In this document: in pieces, positions 1 through 10,058 of the stretch
Numbering within the stretch: position 1 is the stretch's first letter
How the letters are laid out: each line of letters starts with the position of its first letter
From: Patescibacteria group bacterium
Lineage (GTDB): Bacteria; Patescibacteriota; Patescibacteriia; Patescibacteriales; UBA12465
Length of the DNA stretch: 64,000 bases
Reading direction: 5' to 3'
Assembly (NCBI GenBank): GCA_028687275.1
Contig: JAQUAK010000001.1
Span: forward strand, 507,024 to 571,023
The notes under the pieces: generated by a model
What the model was told of the DNA's origin: nothing
Seen by the model: the letters and a program-made list of their open reading frames with translations, nothing else
Database searches by the model: none
Position numbers and translations under genes: made by a program

Positions 1-743
1 TCGCCACTATGGAAAGTGACCACCGCTAATCTTCCACCAACTTTTAATATTTTCGGAGTAGCTTCTAAAGCTTCTTTTAAACTGGCGAATTCATCATTAG
101 TAGCTAGGCGCAAGGCTTGAAAAACACGAGTAGCTGGATGGATTTTAGACTTCGAGAAACGGACGGGTGTAATTTTCAAAATAATATCAACCAATTCTTT
201 CGTAGTTTTAATAGGCTTACGCTTTCTCACCGTGATAATCTCTTTGGCCAAACGATAGGCCTGAAACTCTTCACCAAATTCTCTAAAAATTCTGGTTAAT
301 TCTGATAAAGGAGACGAATTGATAATTTTCTGAGTACTAATTACTTCCCCAGCGCCGAAGGCCATATCTAACGGCCTATCACCTTGAAAAGAAAAACCTC
401 GAGATTCATCATCTAATTGAGCTGAGGATAAACCTAAGTCAAAAACGATTCCATCCACTCCTTCTAAGGAATACTCTTCAGCGATGTCGGCTAGATTTCT
501 AAAATTGTTATGAACTAATATTACGTTTTGAAAATTATTATTTTTAATAATGCTCTCCGCATTTTTAATAGCCATTTCATCAGCATCAATCGCAATTACT
601 CTACCCTTTTGCCCAACCTCTTTAGCTAAAGCGCTAGTATAAGAGGCTCCACCTAAAGTACAGTCAATGTAGGTTTGCCCTGGCTGAGGATTTAATATCT
701 CAACCACCTCTCTTAAAAGTACTGGAATATGTTTATAGTCCAT
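1..743 (-). CDS. rsmH: 16S rRNA m4C1402 methyltransferase RsmH (MraW), runs off the window edge
   Basis: Manual translation from ATG 743: MDYKHIPVLLREVVEILNPQPGQTYIDCTLGG..., DLGLSSAQL motif; directly follows mraZ. Confidence 0.95.
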   Translation of the reverse strand, partial: MDYKHIPVLLREVVEILNPQPGQTYIDCTLGGASYTSALAKEVGQKGRVIAIDADEMAIKNAESIIKNNNFQNVILVHNNFRNLADIAEEYSLEGVDGIVFDLGLSSAQLDDESRGFSFQGDRPLDMAFGAGEVISTQKIINSSPLSELTRIFREFGEEFQAYRLAKEIITVRKRKPIKTTKELVDIILKITPVRFSKSKIHPATRVFQALRLATNDEFASLKEALEATPKILKVGGRLAVVTFHSG

Positions 744-744
744 A

Positions 745-1176
745 CTAAATTCCTAAATCTCCTAATTCCTCAGCGATGCTATTACTATTTTCCTCAGCTG
801 TTTGTTTATATTTATTCCAAGTATCTTCATCCCAAATTTCTAAATGATTATACAAACCAGCAATAATAATTCCCTTTTTCAAACCAGAGAATTTACGTAA
901 ATATTCTGGCAAGGTCACTCGACCCTGATTATCAAAATCAACATCCATCGCCCCCGCCAACATATGGCGAGAAAAGGCACGAGCCTTAGCCTGACTAATC
1001 GGCAGAGCCGCGAACTTCTTTGCTATCTTTTCAAATTGCTCTTTAGAATACAAAAATAAGCAGTTATCCAAACCCTTGGTAACAACTGCTCCCTTTTTTA
1101 AAATAAGTCGAAATTTAGCTGGAATAGCTAGACGTCCCTTATCATCTAAATTATGATTGTATTCACCGATGAACAT
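745..1176 (-). CDS. mraZ: Division/cell wall cluster repressor MraZ
   Basis: MFIGEYNHNLDDKGRLAIP, DNQGRVTLP repeats; upstream of rsmH. Confidence 0.97.
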   Translation of the reverse strand: MFIGEYNHNLDDKGRLAIPAKFRLILKKGAVVTKGLDNCLFLYSKEQFEKIAKKFAALPISQAKARAFSRHMLAGAMDVDFDNQGRVTLPEYLRKFSGLKKGIIIAGLYNHLEIWDEDTWNKYKQTAEENSNSIAEELGDLGI

Positions 1177-1212
1177 AGAGTCTATTCGGGGGATAAAGTG
1201 TCAACAAGTTGA

Positions 1213-1278
1213 TTCACCCTAATTCCCCACATTTCACCTTAATGGTTTAATTATACACCACCCAGCCCCTAGGGTCAA
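1213..1278 (-). promoter_or_regulatory. mraZ sigma70 promoter with three 10-bp-spaced MraZ (DCW) boxes
   Basis: TTGACC(1278-1273)-N17-TATAAT(1255-1250), followed on the minus strand by aaGGTGAAat gtGGGGAAtt agGGTGAAtc. Confidence 0.75.
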
Positions 1279-1371
1279 CCCAAATAAACACCTAAAAATA
1301 AAGGAAATAATAAAAAAAGACGACTTTTTCCACAAGTCGCCTTGTTATTTAAAATATTACTTAAAAAGTTA

Positions 1372-1746
1372 TCAACAGGCAGGACCCTTTTTCTTTCCTA
1401 TATTTGGCTCTGACTGATATTCCGGCCGAACAGCTCGACCGCCTTTAAAATTAGAGACGCTATTACCCTGCAAAGGTCTAACTTCAATACCCAAAGCATA
1501 AGCCAAAGCATTGGCTGTTAAAATGCCAATGCGCAAAGACGTAAAATTACCGCCCTGATTCTGAACTCTGATTTCTTTAATCTGTTTGATATTAATCTTC
1601 TGGCTTTCTAGCAATTCAATGATCAAAGGCAATAATTTTTCAGCTTGTTGTCTTGGTGCCGCTACTCTTTTACTAACATCTTTACCTTTGATATTTAAAG
1701 AGACTAAAATGTCTGGCTCGACGGTAGTGTCAATTGTTAAGATCAT
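1372..1746 (-). CDS. tsaB: Short TsaB-like t6A biosynthesis protein (N-terminal domain only)
   Basis: MILTIDT, GGNFTSLRIG..ANALA motifs; 124 aa. Confidence 0.8.
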   Translation of the reverse strand: MILTIDTTVEPDILVSLNIKGKDVSKRVAAPRQQAEKLLPLIIELLESQKINIKQIKEIRVQNQGGNFTSLRIGILTANALAYALGIEVRPLQGNSVSNFKGGRAVRPEYQSEPNIGKKKGPAC

Positions 1747-2704
1747 ATGATTGCAATATATTTTCTAATTCACTTAGATGTGAAACTTGAACTAGCTGGC
1801 TACGTAATTTACTGGCACCAGGCAAACCCTGAACATACCAACAAGCATGTTTACGCCATTCCACTAAAGCCCCTTCTCCTTTTAGTTTAACCAACGAAGA
1901 AGCGTGCTGATAAAGCAAGCGACTAATCTGAGCTTGGCTGTATTCAGTACTTTTGCCTTCTTTTATCTCTTGAAATAGCCAAGGACGAGCTAAAGCGCCG
2001 CGAGCTAAGCCTAGACCATCGGCGCCACTCAAATGAAGGGCTGCTTGTGCCGTCTCTAAATCAACAACACCACCATTCATTAATATTACGCCATTAAAAT
2101 AAGGCCTTATCTTCTCCACCAAACTAAAATCAGGCGCCCCCACAAAACCCTGTTTCAAAGTCCTTCCATGAATCATTAGGGCAGCAACTGGTAAATCAGA
2201 AATGCTCTTTATAAACTCAAGTGCGGTTACATCACCAGACTGAGCCCTAATTTTAATTGATACAGGTAAAGAAGTTGATGCTAAAACCGCTTCAATTACC
2301 GCCCTAGCTTGCTTTAAGTTTTTCATTAACTCTGCTCCTGAGCCTTGTTTTAAAACTTTGCCCACCGGACAACCAAAGTTAATATCAATTCCATGTGGTT
2401 TTATTTCTTTAGAGACAATCTTTGTTGCCACCGCAAAGTGCTCAGGGTTAGAGCCAAATAATTGCACGACAAATTTATGTTCACGTTTTTTGTTCCACCG
2501 CAAAAGATTGAGAGTTTCATTATCTTTTAAATTATCCTGATTATAAAATAAAGCTGTTACCGAGGCCATCTCACTATAAGTAACATCTGCCCCATAATCA
2601 GTGCAAATCTGACGAAAAGCAATATCAGTAAAACCAGCCATAGGCGCCATTGCCAAGACCGGTTTATTTGCTTGTTTAATTTTTAGCCAAAAATTATCTT
2701 TCAT
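1730..2704 (-). CDS. tRNA-dihydrouridine synthase (DusB-like)
   Basis: APMAGFTD, VVQLFGS, DINFGCP, IHGRT motifs. Confidence 0.93.
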   Translation of the reverse strand: MKDNFWLKIKQANKPVLAMAPMAGFTDIAFRQICTDYGADVTYSEMASVTALFYNQDNLKDNETLNLLRWNKKREHKFVVQLFGSNPEHFAVATKIVSKEIKPHGIDINFGCPVGKVLKQGSGAELMKNLKQARAVIEAVLASTSLPVSIKIRAQSGDVTALEFIKSISDLPVAALMIHGRTLKQGFVGAPDFSLVEKIRPYFNGVILMNGGVVDLETAQAALHLSGADGLGLARGALARPWLFQEIKEGKSTEYSQAQISRLLYQHASSLVKLKGEGALVEWRKHACWYVQGLPGASKLRSQLVQVSHLSELENILQSYDLNN

Positions 2705-2705
2705 G

Positions 2706-4109
2706 CTACTTCTTTTTAATTATTTGTCCATCGCTATTATCTTCAACTAAATAACCAGCTTCATTTATTTCTACCCGTAAGCTATCGGCTAAGCTCCAAT
2801 TCTTTTCATCTCTAGCAACTCTCCTTTTTTCTATTAAAAATTGTATCCTCTCAGGTAAACTTTCTTCTTCAAGTTCAATAGACAGGTCTTTAGCTTGAAT
2901 AATTAAAGACAAACCTAGAACTTGATCGAAATTTTTTACCCCAGCTAATTTATCACTATCGGCCAAATCAGACTTCAACATTTTAAATAACACTGCCAAG
3001 GCTTGAGGCATATTTAAGTCTTCATTAATAGCGGCTTGAAAATCTGATCGGAAAACCTCATCAACTTTTCCTATAGTCTCTCCCAGGCCTACTACCTGCA
3101 AAACTAAGGCCGCTAAGCCTTTTTCAGCCTGAAGCAAGCTGGCCTCACTATATTCCATTGGCTTGCGGTAATGCACCTGTAGGGCGGCAAAACGATAGGC
3201 CAAAGGATTAATACCTTTTTTAGTTAAAGCCTTATCAAGAGTTAAAAAATTATCATCGCTTTTAGCCATTTTCTTGCCACCGATTATATTTAAAAAAGCT
3301 CCGTGCAACCAGTAATTAACATACTTTTTGCCGGTAGCGGCTTCACTTTGAGCAATTTCATTAGTGTGGTGAATATTAATATGATCAACCCCACCACAAT
3401 GAATGTCAAAAGTTTCACCCAAATATTTCAGGCTCATAGCTGAACACTCCAAGTGCCAGCCAGGAAAACCGACGCCCCAAGGAGAACTCCATTCCATTTG
3501 TCTTTTGCTCCCAGCAGGAGAAAATTTCCAAATAGCGAAGTCGGTTGGATTTTTCTTTTCTATATTCTTCTCTACCCTGGCGCCCTCTTTTAACTCATCT
3601 AAATCGAGGTGACTGAGGCGATTATAGTCAGGAAATTTAGAAGTATCAAAATAAATACCATCGCTAGTAGAATAAGTATAGCCTTTCGTTTCCAAAGTTT
3701 TAATTAAATTAATTTGCTCATTGATATGGTCGGTCACCCGGCACCAAATATCAGGAGGAATAATATTAAGTAATTCCAAATCTTCCTGAAAAGCATCAGT
3801 ATAATAAGCCGCAATATCCCAAGCGCTACGACCTTCACGAGCTGCTTTCGTTTCTACCTTATCTTCTCCCATGTCCATATCACCGCTAAGATGACCAACG
3901 TCGGTAATATTCATCACCCGCTTTAATTTATAATTATTATAAATAAGAGTACGCACCAGAAAATCTTCAAACAAATAGGTGCGTAAATTACCTAAATGAG
4001 CAAAATTATAAACGGTCGGACCACAGGTATAAACACCTACGTGAGAATCACTAAGCGGCACAAACTTTTCCTTTTTTAAACTCAATGTATTGTATAAATA
4101 TAAATCCAT
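2706..4109 (-). CDS. cysS: Cysteine--tRNA ligase
   Basis: YTCGPTVY, HLGN, PGWHLECSAM, KMAKS. Confidence 0.97.
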   Translation of the reverse strand: MDLYLYNTLSLKKEKFVPLSDSHVGVYTCGPTVYNFAHLGNLRTYLFEDFLVRTLIYNNYKLKRVMNITDVGHLSGDMDMGEDKVETKAAREGRSAWDIAAYYTDAFQEDLELLNIIPPDIWCRVTDHINEQINLIKTLETKGYTYSTSDGIYFDTSKFPDYNRLSHLDLDELKEGARVEKNIEKKNPTDFAIWKFSPAGSKRQMEWSSPWGVGFPGWHLECSAMSLKYLGETFDIHCGGVDHINIHHTNEIAQSEAATGKKYVNYWLHGAFLNIIGGKKMAKSDDNFLTLDKALTKKGINPLAYRFAALQVHYRKPMEYSEASLLQAEKGLAALVLQVVGLGETIGKVDEVFRSDFQAAINEDLNMPQALAVLFKMLKSDLADSDKLAGVKNFDQVLGLSLIIQAKDLSIELEEESLPERIQFLIEKRRVARDEKNWSLADSLRVEINEAGYLVEDNSDGQIIKKK

Positions 4110-4113
4110 ATGA

Positions 4114-4941
4114 TTATTTAAGCCAAGACTTTAAAGACTCCTGAAAGGCATTAAGATTAAGTTTTAAGCTAGGAGACAATGGTAAAGGCTCATATAATTT
4201 TATTTGCTCACTTAAAGAAGTTCTTAAACGAGACAATAAGGTTCTTTCGCTAACAGTTGCCTCTTCCTGTTCTAATGATTCACATAGATCAGCTAATTCA
4301 TTTTTATCTAAAGATAAATAAAAGGCTGGAATATTTTTTAACTTCCCCAAAAGCAAAGCCCCGTTTTCTACGCGGGCACCATATTTTACTTGCGCGCCAC
4401 CCTGCAACATCTTATTGGTTACTTTTTTTTCTTTTTTGCTCTTGCCTGTATTGCCTTCAATATTAATAACCTCATCTATACCACAAACAACTAAGCCAGT
4501 ATTACGATCAACAATTAACTGATCAACGCCATTTTCATAATCATCGTAACGAGCAGAACGTAACACCATTAAATTTGGTGGCAATAACTTTTGTAAAACA
4601 AGGGTTAGAGCAATTTCTGTTAAATTAGATGGGTTTTTTTCTTTATCCAGTCGCCACTGCTCAAGACTCTTGCCGCTCTCTCTAGCCCAAGCATTCTCTT
4701 TATCATCGCACAGAGCCTCATCTTGCTCCCATTCAGGATGTTCAATCATAGAAATGCTTCCATCTTCCTTCAACCAAGTGTAGGGATAATACTGATTATA
4801 TTTTTCCACTTGCAGCGCTAATTTCTGCTTCATTAAAGGCAAAAATGATTCTAAGCGACGTCTAGGTCGATTATAATTACGCTCATCAATTTTTATTTTA
4901 TCCCCAACTTTAATGTTAGGTGAGTATTCAATATTATTCAT
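4114..4941 (-). CDS. Hypothetical protein, possible PD-(D/E)XK-like fold
   Basis: 275-aa ORF; YDDYENGVD...CGIDEV resembles a nuclease-like acidic motif. Confidence 0.6.
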   Translation of the reverse strand: MNNIEYSPNIKVGDKIKIDERNYNRPRRRLESFLPLMKQKLALQVEKYNQYYPYTWLKEDGSISMIEHPEWEQDEALCDDKENAWARESGKSLEQWRLDKEKNPSNLTEIALTLVLQKLLPPNLMVLRSARYDDYENGVDQLIVDRNTGLVVCGIDEVINIEGNTGKSKKEKKVTNKMLQGGAQVKYGARVENGALLLGKLKNIPAFYLSLDKNELADLCESLEQEEATVSERTLLSRLRTSLSEQIKLYEPLPLSPSLKLNLNAFQESLKSWLK

Positions 4942-4944
4942 AAA

Positions 4945-5622
4945 TTAAGGCTCCAAACGTACCGTATATGAAACTATCTCTTCATATTGCGGTAAAGATA
5001 AAGGGTTATTCTTTTTAAAAAATAATTCAGCGGGGGTAGAGGTGTCTACATTAAAAACTAAAGTGCTTTGGAATGATGTCCACCCGCCTATCGTCGAGTC
5101 ATCCTGGGCTTGAACAAGCCCAGTCGCCAACACTACTCCAGCTCTATCTTTAATAATTAAAGGAAAGTCACCTTCAAGCAACCAGGAAGCTTGGGCTCGA
5201 CCCGTAATTACATCACCATTGCGAACAACTTCATTTACCTGCGGTGAAATCAAAATTATTTCTTCTTCCTTTTTACCGCTCTTATCTATTTCGTCATCAG
5301 TAACAACAGTTGAATCGGAAATAACATTAGAGACCGGCGATAGCGCCTCCGAAGAACTGGCTACTACAGATAATTTATCTAACTCATCTTCCGCTGGCAT
5401 CAAATTTTCATTATTTAATATATTGGCTAAAGCTTTCAGCTCTGCATCAATTGATAAGTCATTCGCACAAAAACTAGTTGGCTGAGAAGTGCGAGGATTA
5501 CCGTCTGCAACCCAAACTCCGTGTTCACACACCCAACGATTGGTTGGGCTGCTAACTCTTAAAATTAGAGCCGAAACAATAACAATAGCTCCGACAATTA
5601 ACCAAATTTGACTCTTTTCCAT
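4945..5622 (-). CDS. Membrane-anchored protein with Gmad2-type Ig-like domain
   Basis: N-terminal TM helix, WVCEHGVWV motif, C-terminal ITGRA..W.EGDFP. Confidence 0.7.
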   Translation of the reverse strand: MEKSQIWLIVGAIVIVSALILRVSSPTNRWVCEHGVWVADGNPRTSQPTSFCANDLSIDAELKALANILNNENLMPAEDELDKLSVVASSSEALSPVSNVISDSTVVTDDEIDKSGKKEEEIILISPQVNEVVRNGDVITGRAQASWLLEGDFPLIIKDRAGVVLATGLVQAQDDSTIGGWTSFQSTLVFNVDTSTPAELFFKKNNPLSLPQYEEIVSYTVRLEP

Positions 5623-5691
5623 ATAATCTAATTATATCCATATTTTAGCATAGATAACAAAAAAATCTATTTTTTAATAATTCCCACTTTA

Positions 5692-5806
5692 TTGACGCAT
5701 ACTATTATCAGTGATACCATCATATGTGCTTACATTTGTGGTTTTTAGGTTTTCCACAAATAGGAGGATGCGTTGTTGATTATTAACAACCTCCTCCTTT
5801 TTTCTT
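5692..5806 (+). ncRNA. Candidate ~80-nt sRNA with its own promoter, two hairpins and U-tail
   Basis: TTGACG-N17-TACCAT (5692-5720); hairpin ATTTGTGG/CCACAAAT; hairpin AGGAGGA..GTTGTTGA/TTAACAAC..TCCTCCT followed by a T run. Confidence 0.5.
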
Positions 5807-5861
5807 ATAAAAAACTCCCAAATATATTAGGAGAGTTTTTATAATCACTATATTTATATAT

Positions 5862-6221
5862 TTAGGCCTTTAATTTAAAATCTTCTTCAGCTAAACCACA
5901 AAATTTTTCATAGACATCGAGCTCCGATAATTGTCCACTAGTAGACTGCTCTAGAATAATGTTTCTGGCCGCCATTAATAATTCTTGATTATTAATCTGA
6001 TAGCCCATTCTTTTTTGGGCTTTAGCCAGCAGGTTAAGTAATTGCTCCTGCCAGCGACTAGCTCTATTATTCTCTACATCTTCGCCACAAATAAATTCAA
6101 AAAACTGCTGACGCCCCTCTAAACCATTTAAAATAAAATTAGCAATTTCATTGGCGCTTTTTTGCCAGTTTTTTTTATTCTTATCATAAACACCAGGCAA
6201 AGACTCAAATTGATTATGCAT
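5862..6221 (-). CDS. Hypothetical protein
   Basis: 119-aa ORF just downstream of tRNA-Val, with terminator-like hairpin at 5811-5840. Confidence 0.65.
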   Translation of the reverse strand: MHNQFESLPGVYDKNKKNWQKSANEIANFILNGLEGRQQFFEFICGEDVENNRASRWQEQLLNLLAKAQKRMGYQINNQELLMAARNIILEQSTSGQLSELDVYEKFCGLAEEDFKLKA

Positions 6222-6253
6222 ATTTATGTTAATTAATTATTAACAAAATTAAG

Positions 6254-6327
6254 TGGTCGTTAGTGGACTCGAACCACTGACCTCTGCAATGTGAATGCAG
6301 CGCTCTAACCAGCTGAGCTAAACGACC
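6254..6327 (-). tRNA. tRNA-Val(CAC)
   Basis: Cloverleaf GGTCGTT...CTGCA-TTCACAT-TGCAG...GGTTCGAGTCC; no encoded CCA. Confidence 0.96.
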
Positions 6328-6337
6328 GCCGCACTTG

Positions 6338-6421
6338 TGCCTGAAGGGGGACTCGAACCCCCACCTTCTTACAAAGACTAGCACCTGAAGCTAGCGCGTC
6401 TACCAATTCCGCCATCCAGGC
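6338..6421 (-). tRNA. tRNA-Leu(CAG)
   Basis: GCCTGGA...CTAGC-TTCAGGT-GCTAG, long variable arm, GGTTCGAGTCC. Confidence 0.96.
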
Positions 6422-6509
6422 TCTTTTAACCCTAATAATAGCTTGCCATAAACGCTATTATTTGTAAAGAATACTAGTCTCCATACTTTTGAAGTGCTAT
6501 AATTTATAA

Positions 6510-7151
6510 ATGCTAGATTTAATTAGTGAGGGAAAAATATTTAAAAGTGGCTATCATTTAGTAGGAGGCATTGATGAGGCTGGACGAGGCCCTCTAGCCG
6601 GTCCAGTGGTAGCCGCCTGCGTTGTTATCGGGCCCAATTTTCAAATTGACAGCGATGAATTAAAATTAGTAGCAGATTCCAAAAAGCTTAGCCCTAAAAA
6701 AAGAGAATTACTATTTAAAATAATAAAAGAAAAAGTAGAGGCAGTAGAAATTGGCGTAGTTAATAATCGTGTTATCGATAAAATCAACATTCTGCAAAGT
6801 ACTTTTGCTGCTATGCGTCAATCTCTAGAGAGGCTCACACTTCAGCCAGACTACCTATTAATTGATGGCAATCTAAAGTTACCCGGAGTCAAACAAGAAC
6901 AAAAGGCTGTAATTGATGGTGATGCTAAAATTTTTTGTATTGCAGCTGCTTCAATTATAGCCAAAGTCAGTCGTGATTGGCTGATGCTAGAAGCAGATAA
7001 AAAATATCCCGAATATGAATTTGCCCAACATAAGGGCTACGGCACCAAAAGGCACCTAGAAAGAATAAAAGAATTTGGACCCTGCCCCCTCCATCGTCTT
7101 AGCTTTGCCCCCTTCACCATTAAAAAAGACAAGAAAAAAAGTGCCTCTTAA
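6510..7151 (+). CDS. rnhB: Ribonuclease HII
   Basis: GIDEAGRGPLAGPV, DSKKL, IAAASIIAKV, HKGYGT. Confidence 0.97.
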   Translation: MLDLISEGKIFKSGYHLVGGIDEAGRGPLAGPVVAACVVIGPNFQIDSDELKLVADSKKLSPKKRELLFKIIKEKVEAVEIGVVNNRVIDKINILQSTFAAMRQSLERLTLQPDYLLIDGNLKLPGVKQEQKAVIDGDAKIFCIAAASIIAKVSRDWLMLEADKKYPEYEFAQHKGYGTKRHLERIKEFGPCPLHRLSFAPFTIKKDKKKSAS

Positions 7152-7167
7152 CGGGGGGCACTTTTTT
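7134..7167. terminator. Bidirectional intrinsic terminator
   Basis: AAAAAAAGTGCCTC-loop-GGGGCACTTTTTT between convergent genes. Confidence 0.75.
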
Positions 7168-7182
7168 AGAATATAGAATATC

Positions 7183-7851
7183 CTAAATTTTTGGCAAAAT
7201 TGCCGTTAAACCAAGCACATTTTTAAATATACATGCTTTTGACACTCCAGCCTGAACAAACTCTGAATAGGTATGCAGACCGCTAGTAATACCAGCGAAA
7301 CTAAGCGTCGGATCATGGCGACGGGCTACTTCAAGGTCGTGAGCAATACTATCCCCAACATAAAGCGTTTCATCTGGCTTGAAATTTAGATTTTGCCAGA
7401 AATAATGAAAAGCCCTAGGATCAGGCTTACTAAAGCCCTTATCAGGAGTCTGAATGTGTCGGAAAAGATCCATGCTAATCCCCTGCTGTTCTAAGCGCCA
7501 AATCAACCCCTCGGCGTCACGGTTAGTAACAATACCAAGCTGATAACCTCTTTCGACTAAAGACTCTAGCGACTTAATTAATCCTGGTTGATGATCATAA
7601 GTAACATCATAAGATAAATCCAAAAATAGATTAATAACCTTCTGATTACTTCCATCTGGCCAATTTAGCTTTTTGGCCAACAAAGGTATTAATTCTGCTT
7701 CCAAGCGGTAGCCCCACATAAGACGTAATTCATCAAAGCTTGGCTGTCTTAAGCCGCACATAGAAATGGCCTTGATTAAAGTATTAATACCGACCATAGT
7801 TGACCACAGTAAAACTCCGTCAACATCAAAAATTACATTTTTTTTCTTCAT
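7183..7851 (-). CDS. HAD-superfamily hydrolase
   Basis: FDVDGVL, VTNR, SKPDP, YVGDS motifs; start taken at ATG 7851. Confidence 0.88.
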   Translation of the reverse strand: MKKKNVIFDVDGVLLWSTMVGINTLIKAISMCGLRQPSFDELRLMWGYRLEAELIPLLAKKLNWPDGSNQKVINLFLDLSYDVTYDHQPGLIKSLESLVERGYQLGIVTNRDAEGLIWRLEQQGISMDLFRHIQTPDKGFSKPDPRAFHYFWQNLNFKPDETLYVGDSIAHDLEVARRHDPTLSFAGITSGLHTYSEFVQAGVSKACIFKNVLGLTAILPKI

Positions 7852-7934
7852 CTTTATTTGTTTTTTGTGAAAGATCAATAAAAAAGATTAAGTTAAACTT
7901 AATCTTTTTATTTAAACTCAAATTATTATTTATG

Positions 7935-9224
7935 TCAACTTAAAGTTATTTTAAAAAACAATATTTTTTCTTCGCCGCTCTTCATGTCTTTTATTTTATA
8001 CTGACCAGCTATTTTCTCCTCGGTACCATAAATTATAACTTTGGCGATACCCTGCTTATTAGCAAAATCTAAAGCCTTGCCTGGACGCTGCGGCTCAAAA
8101 GCAAATAAGACCTCTTTACCCTCTTTTCTTAGCTTAGAAGCCAAAAGTTGACTATCAGACAAAAGCTCTCCGTTAAGTAGCGGAAAATAGTAGCGCTCGT
8201 CATTAATCTTTGGCAATAGATTCCAGCTTTCTAAAAATAATTTAGTAGTCTCATCGCCAGGAGCGACGCCAACTGCAGGAAAACTCTCAGTGCCAAATAG
8301 TTGAGCTAAACCATTATAACGACCACCGCCAAATAAAGCACGGCGATTGTCAGGATGATTATCAAAAACCTCGAAGACTAAGCCGTCGTAATAATCAAAA
8401 CCACGAATTAAAGCTGGATCAAATTTAACTTGCTTATAGCCAAGGGCCTGAAGATGGTTAAGTACAAAGTCAATTTCCTGCTTAGCTGTTTTTAAATCTT
8501 TATTATTATTTAAAGCCTCCGTTAAAACATCTTGCTGATTACCAGCCATAAAGTCATTTAATAATTCAGCTGATTCTGTGCTAATTTTCAATTCTTTCAA
8601 ACGACGTTTAAATTCTTCTGGAGTTAATTTTTCAAACTTATCTAAAATCCTAAAAACCAAAGCAGGTTCACTTATCTTAATACCAAAAATAGGTAATAAA
8701 TTATCAAGCAAACGTCGACTATTAAGGCGCAGGGTATAGGATTCGAGTGGGGCGCCAAAAGCCTGCATAATATCTAAAGATAATTGTAAAATTTCTAAGT
8801 CAGCCGCTAAAGAAGCGCTACCAAAAATATCACAGTTCAATTGCCAAAACTCGCGATTACGACCACGCTGAGGCTTCTCATTGCGCATAAAATTAGCAAT
8901 CGAGAAAAATTTCAAAGGCTTGGGTGAGGACGCATAAATTTTAGAAACGAGACGAGTTACGGAGGGCGTCATTTCAGGACGTATACAAAGTTCTCTTCCG
9001 CCCAAATCGGTAAAAGTCACTAATTCTTTACCACCAATATCTTCACCCGATTTAGCACGATAAATTTCTGCTGACTCTACTAGGGGCGTTAAATACTCCT
9101 CAAAACCATAACTGTGACAAACTCGGCGCCAAGTATTAAAAATATACTGACGAATCGCAAATTCTTCTGGCAACCAGTCACTGGTTCCCTTCGGCTCTTG
9201 ATTACTTAACTTAACTTTAGTCAT
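7935..9224 (-). CDS. hisS: Histidine--tRNA ligase
   Basis: PKGTSD, RPEMTPS, RNEKPQRGRNREF, RGFDYY, GGGRY. Confidence 0.96.
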   Translation of the reverse strand: MTKVKLSNQEPKGTSDWLPEEFAIRQYIFNTWRRVCHSYGFEEYLTPLVESAEIYRAKSGEDIGGKELVTFTDLGGRELCIRPEMTPSVTRLVSKIYASSPKPLKFFSIANFMRNEKPQRGRNREFWQLNCDIFGSASLAADLEILQLSLDIMQAFGAPLESYTLRLNSRRLLDNLLPIFGIKISEPALVFRILDKFEKLTPEEFKRRLKELKISTESAELLNDFMAGNQQDVLTEALNNNKDLKTAKQEIDFVLNHLQALGYKQVKFDPALIRGFDYYDGLVFEVFDNHPDNRRALFGGGRYNGLAQLFGTESFPAVGVAPGDETTKLFLESWNLLPKINDERYYFPLLNGELLSDSQLLASKLRKEGKEVLFAFEPQRPGKALDFANKQGIAKVIIYGTEEKIAGQYKIKDMKSGEEKILFFKITLS

Positions 9225-9378
9225 AGAAATTATTTAATTTATTCCATTTTTATTATAAAACAGCTATCTAGCCTTGTCCACTCTTTTAATATTTATGTTC
9301 AAAAATTTTTAAGTCGTATTTAGGATAAAAAAGTTATGATGAAATAGCTCCAAGCTAGAGAGCTTAATTATAAATAAT

Positions 9379-10056
9379 ATGAAAATATTAATTATTGATG
9401 ATGAAAAAGACATTGTGGCTTTTTTAAAGCGTGGACTAAAGGCTAAGGCCTATGTAGTTGACACTGCATATGATGGCGAAGAGGGCTCCTATCTTGCCCT
9501 TAGCGGGCATTATGATTTAATTGTCTTGGATAATAATTTACCAAAAATGGAGGGAGTCCAAGTTTTAAAAAATATTAGACACGCCGGTATTACTACCCCA
9601 ATTTTAGCCTTAACTGTTAACACCACCTTAAAACAAAAAGGAGAGATGTTTCAAGAAGGCGCTGATGACTATTTAACTAAACCATTCTTATTTGATGAAT
9701 TCATCTGGCGCGCTGAAGCTTTATTACGCAGACCAAAAATAATTAGAGACAAAGTTTTAAAAATGGGGAAATTACATTTAGACACGCGTAACCAAGTAGC
9801 CCTTAGAAAAGGTCGTAAAATATATTTAACTGGCAAAGAATATGCTCTCTTAGAATTATTTTTTCATCGTCGTGATGAAATTTTATCACGCAGTCAAATT
9901 ATGGATCAAGTGTGGGAAAATAATGCTGACCCTTTTTCTAATACGATTGAAGCTCATGTTATGAGCTTACGTAAAAAAATAAATCTGCCTGAAGAGATAG
10001 ATTATATTCACACTTTTGCTGGCCGTGGCTATAAATTTAGTCTTAGCCGCCTCTAG
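9379..10056 (+). CDS. OmpR/PhoB-family response regulator (no kinase adjacent)
   Basis: Receiver DD..D..GADDYLTKPF plus winged helix SNTIEAHV..LRKK..GRGY. Confidence 0.92.
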   Translation: MKILIIDDEKDIVAFLKRGLKAKAYVVDTAYDGEEGSYLALSGHYDLIVLDNNLPKMEGVQVLKNIRHAGITTPILALTVNTTLKQKGEMFQEGADDYLTKPFLFDEFIWRAEALLRRPKIIRDKVLKMGKLHLDTRNQVALRKGRKIYLTGKEYALLELFFHRRDEILSRSQIMDQVWENNADPFSNTIEAHVMSLRKKINLPEEIDYIHTFAGRGYKFSLSRL

Positions 10057-10058
10057 CT

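Noticed and set aside
117-299. Plus-strand 60-aa ORF
   Set aside because: Antisense shadow of rsmH, which occupies 1-743 on the minus strand.
9379-10056. Orphan response regulator
   Set aside because: The kinase may lie outside the window; orphans are common.
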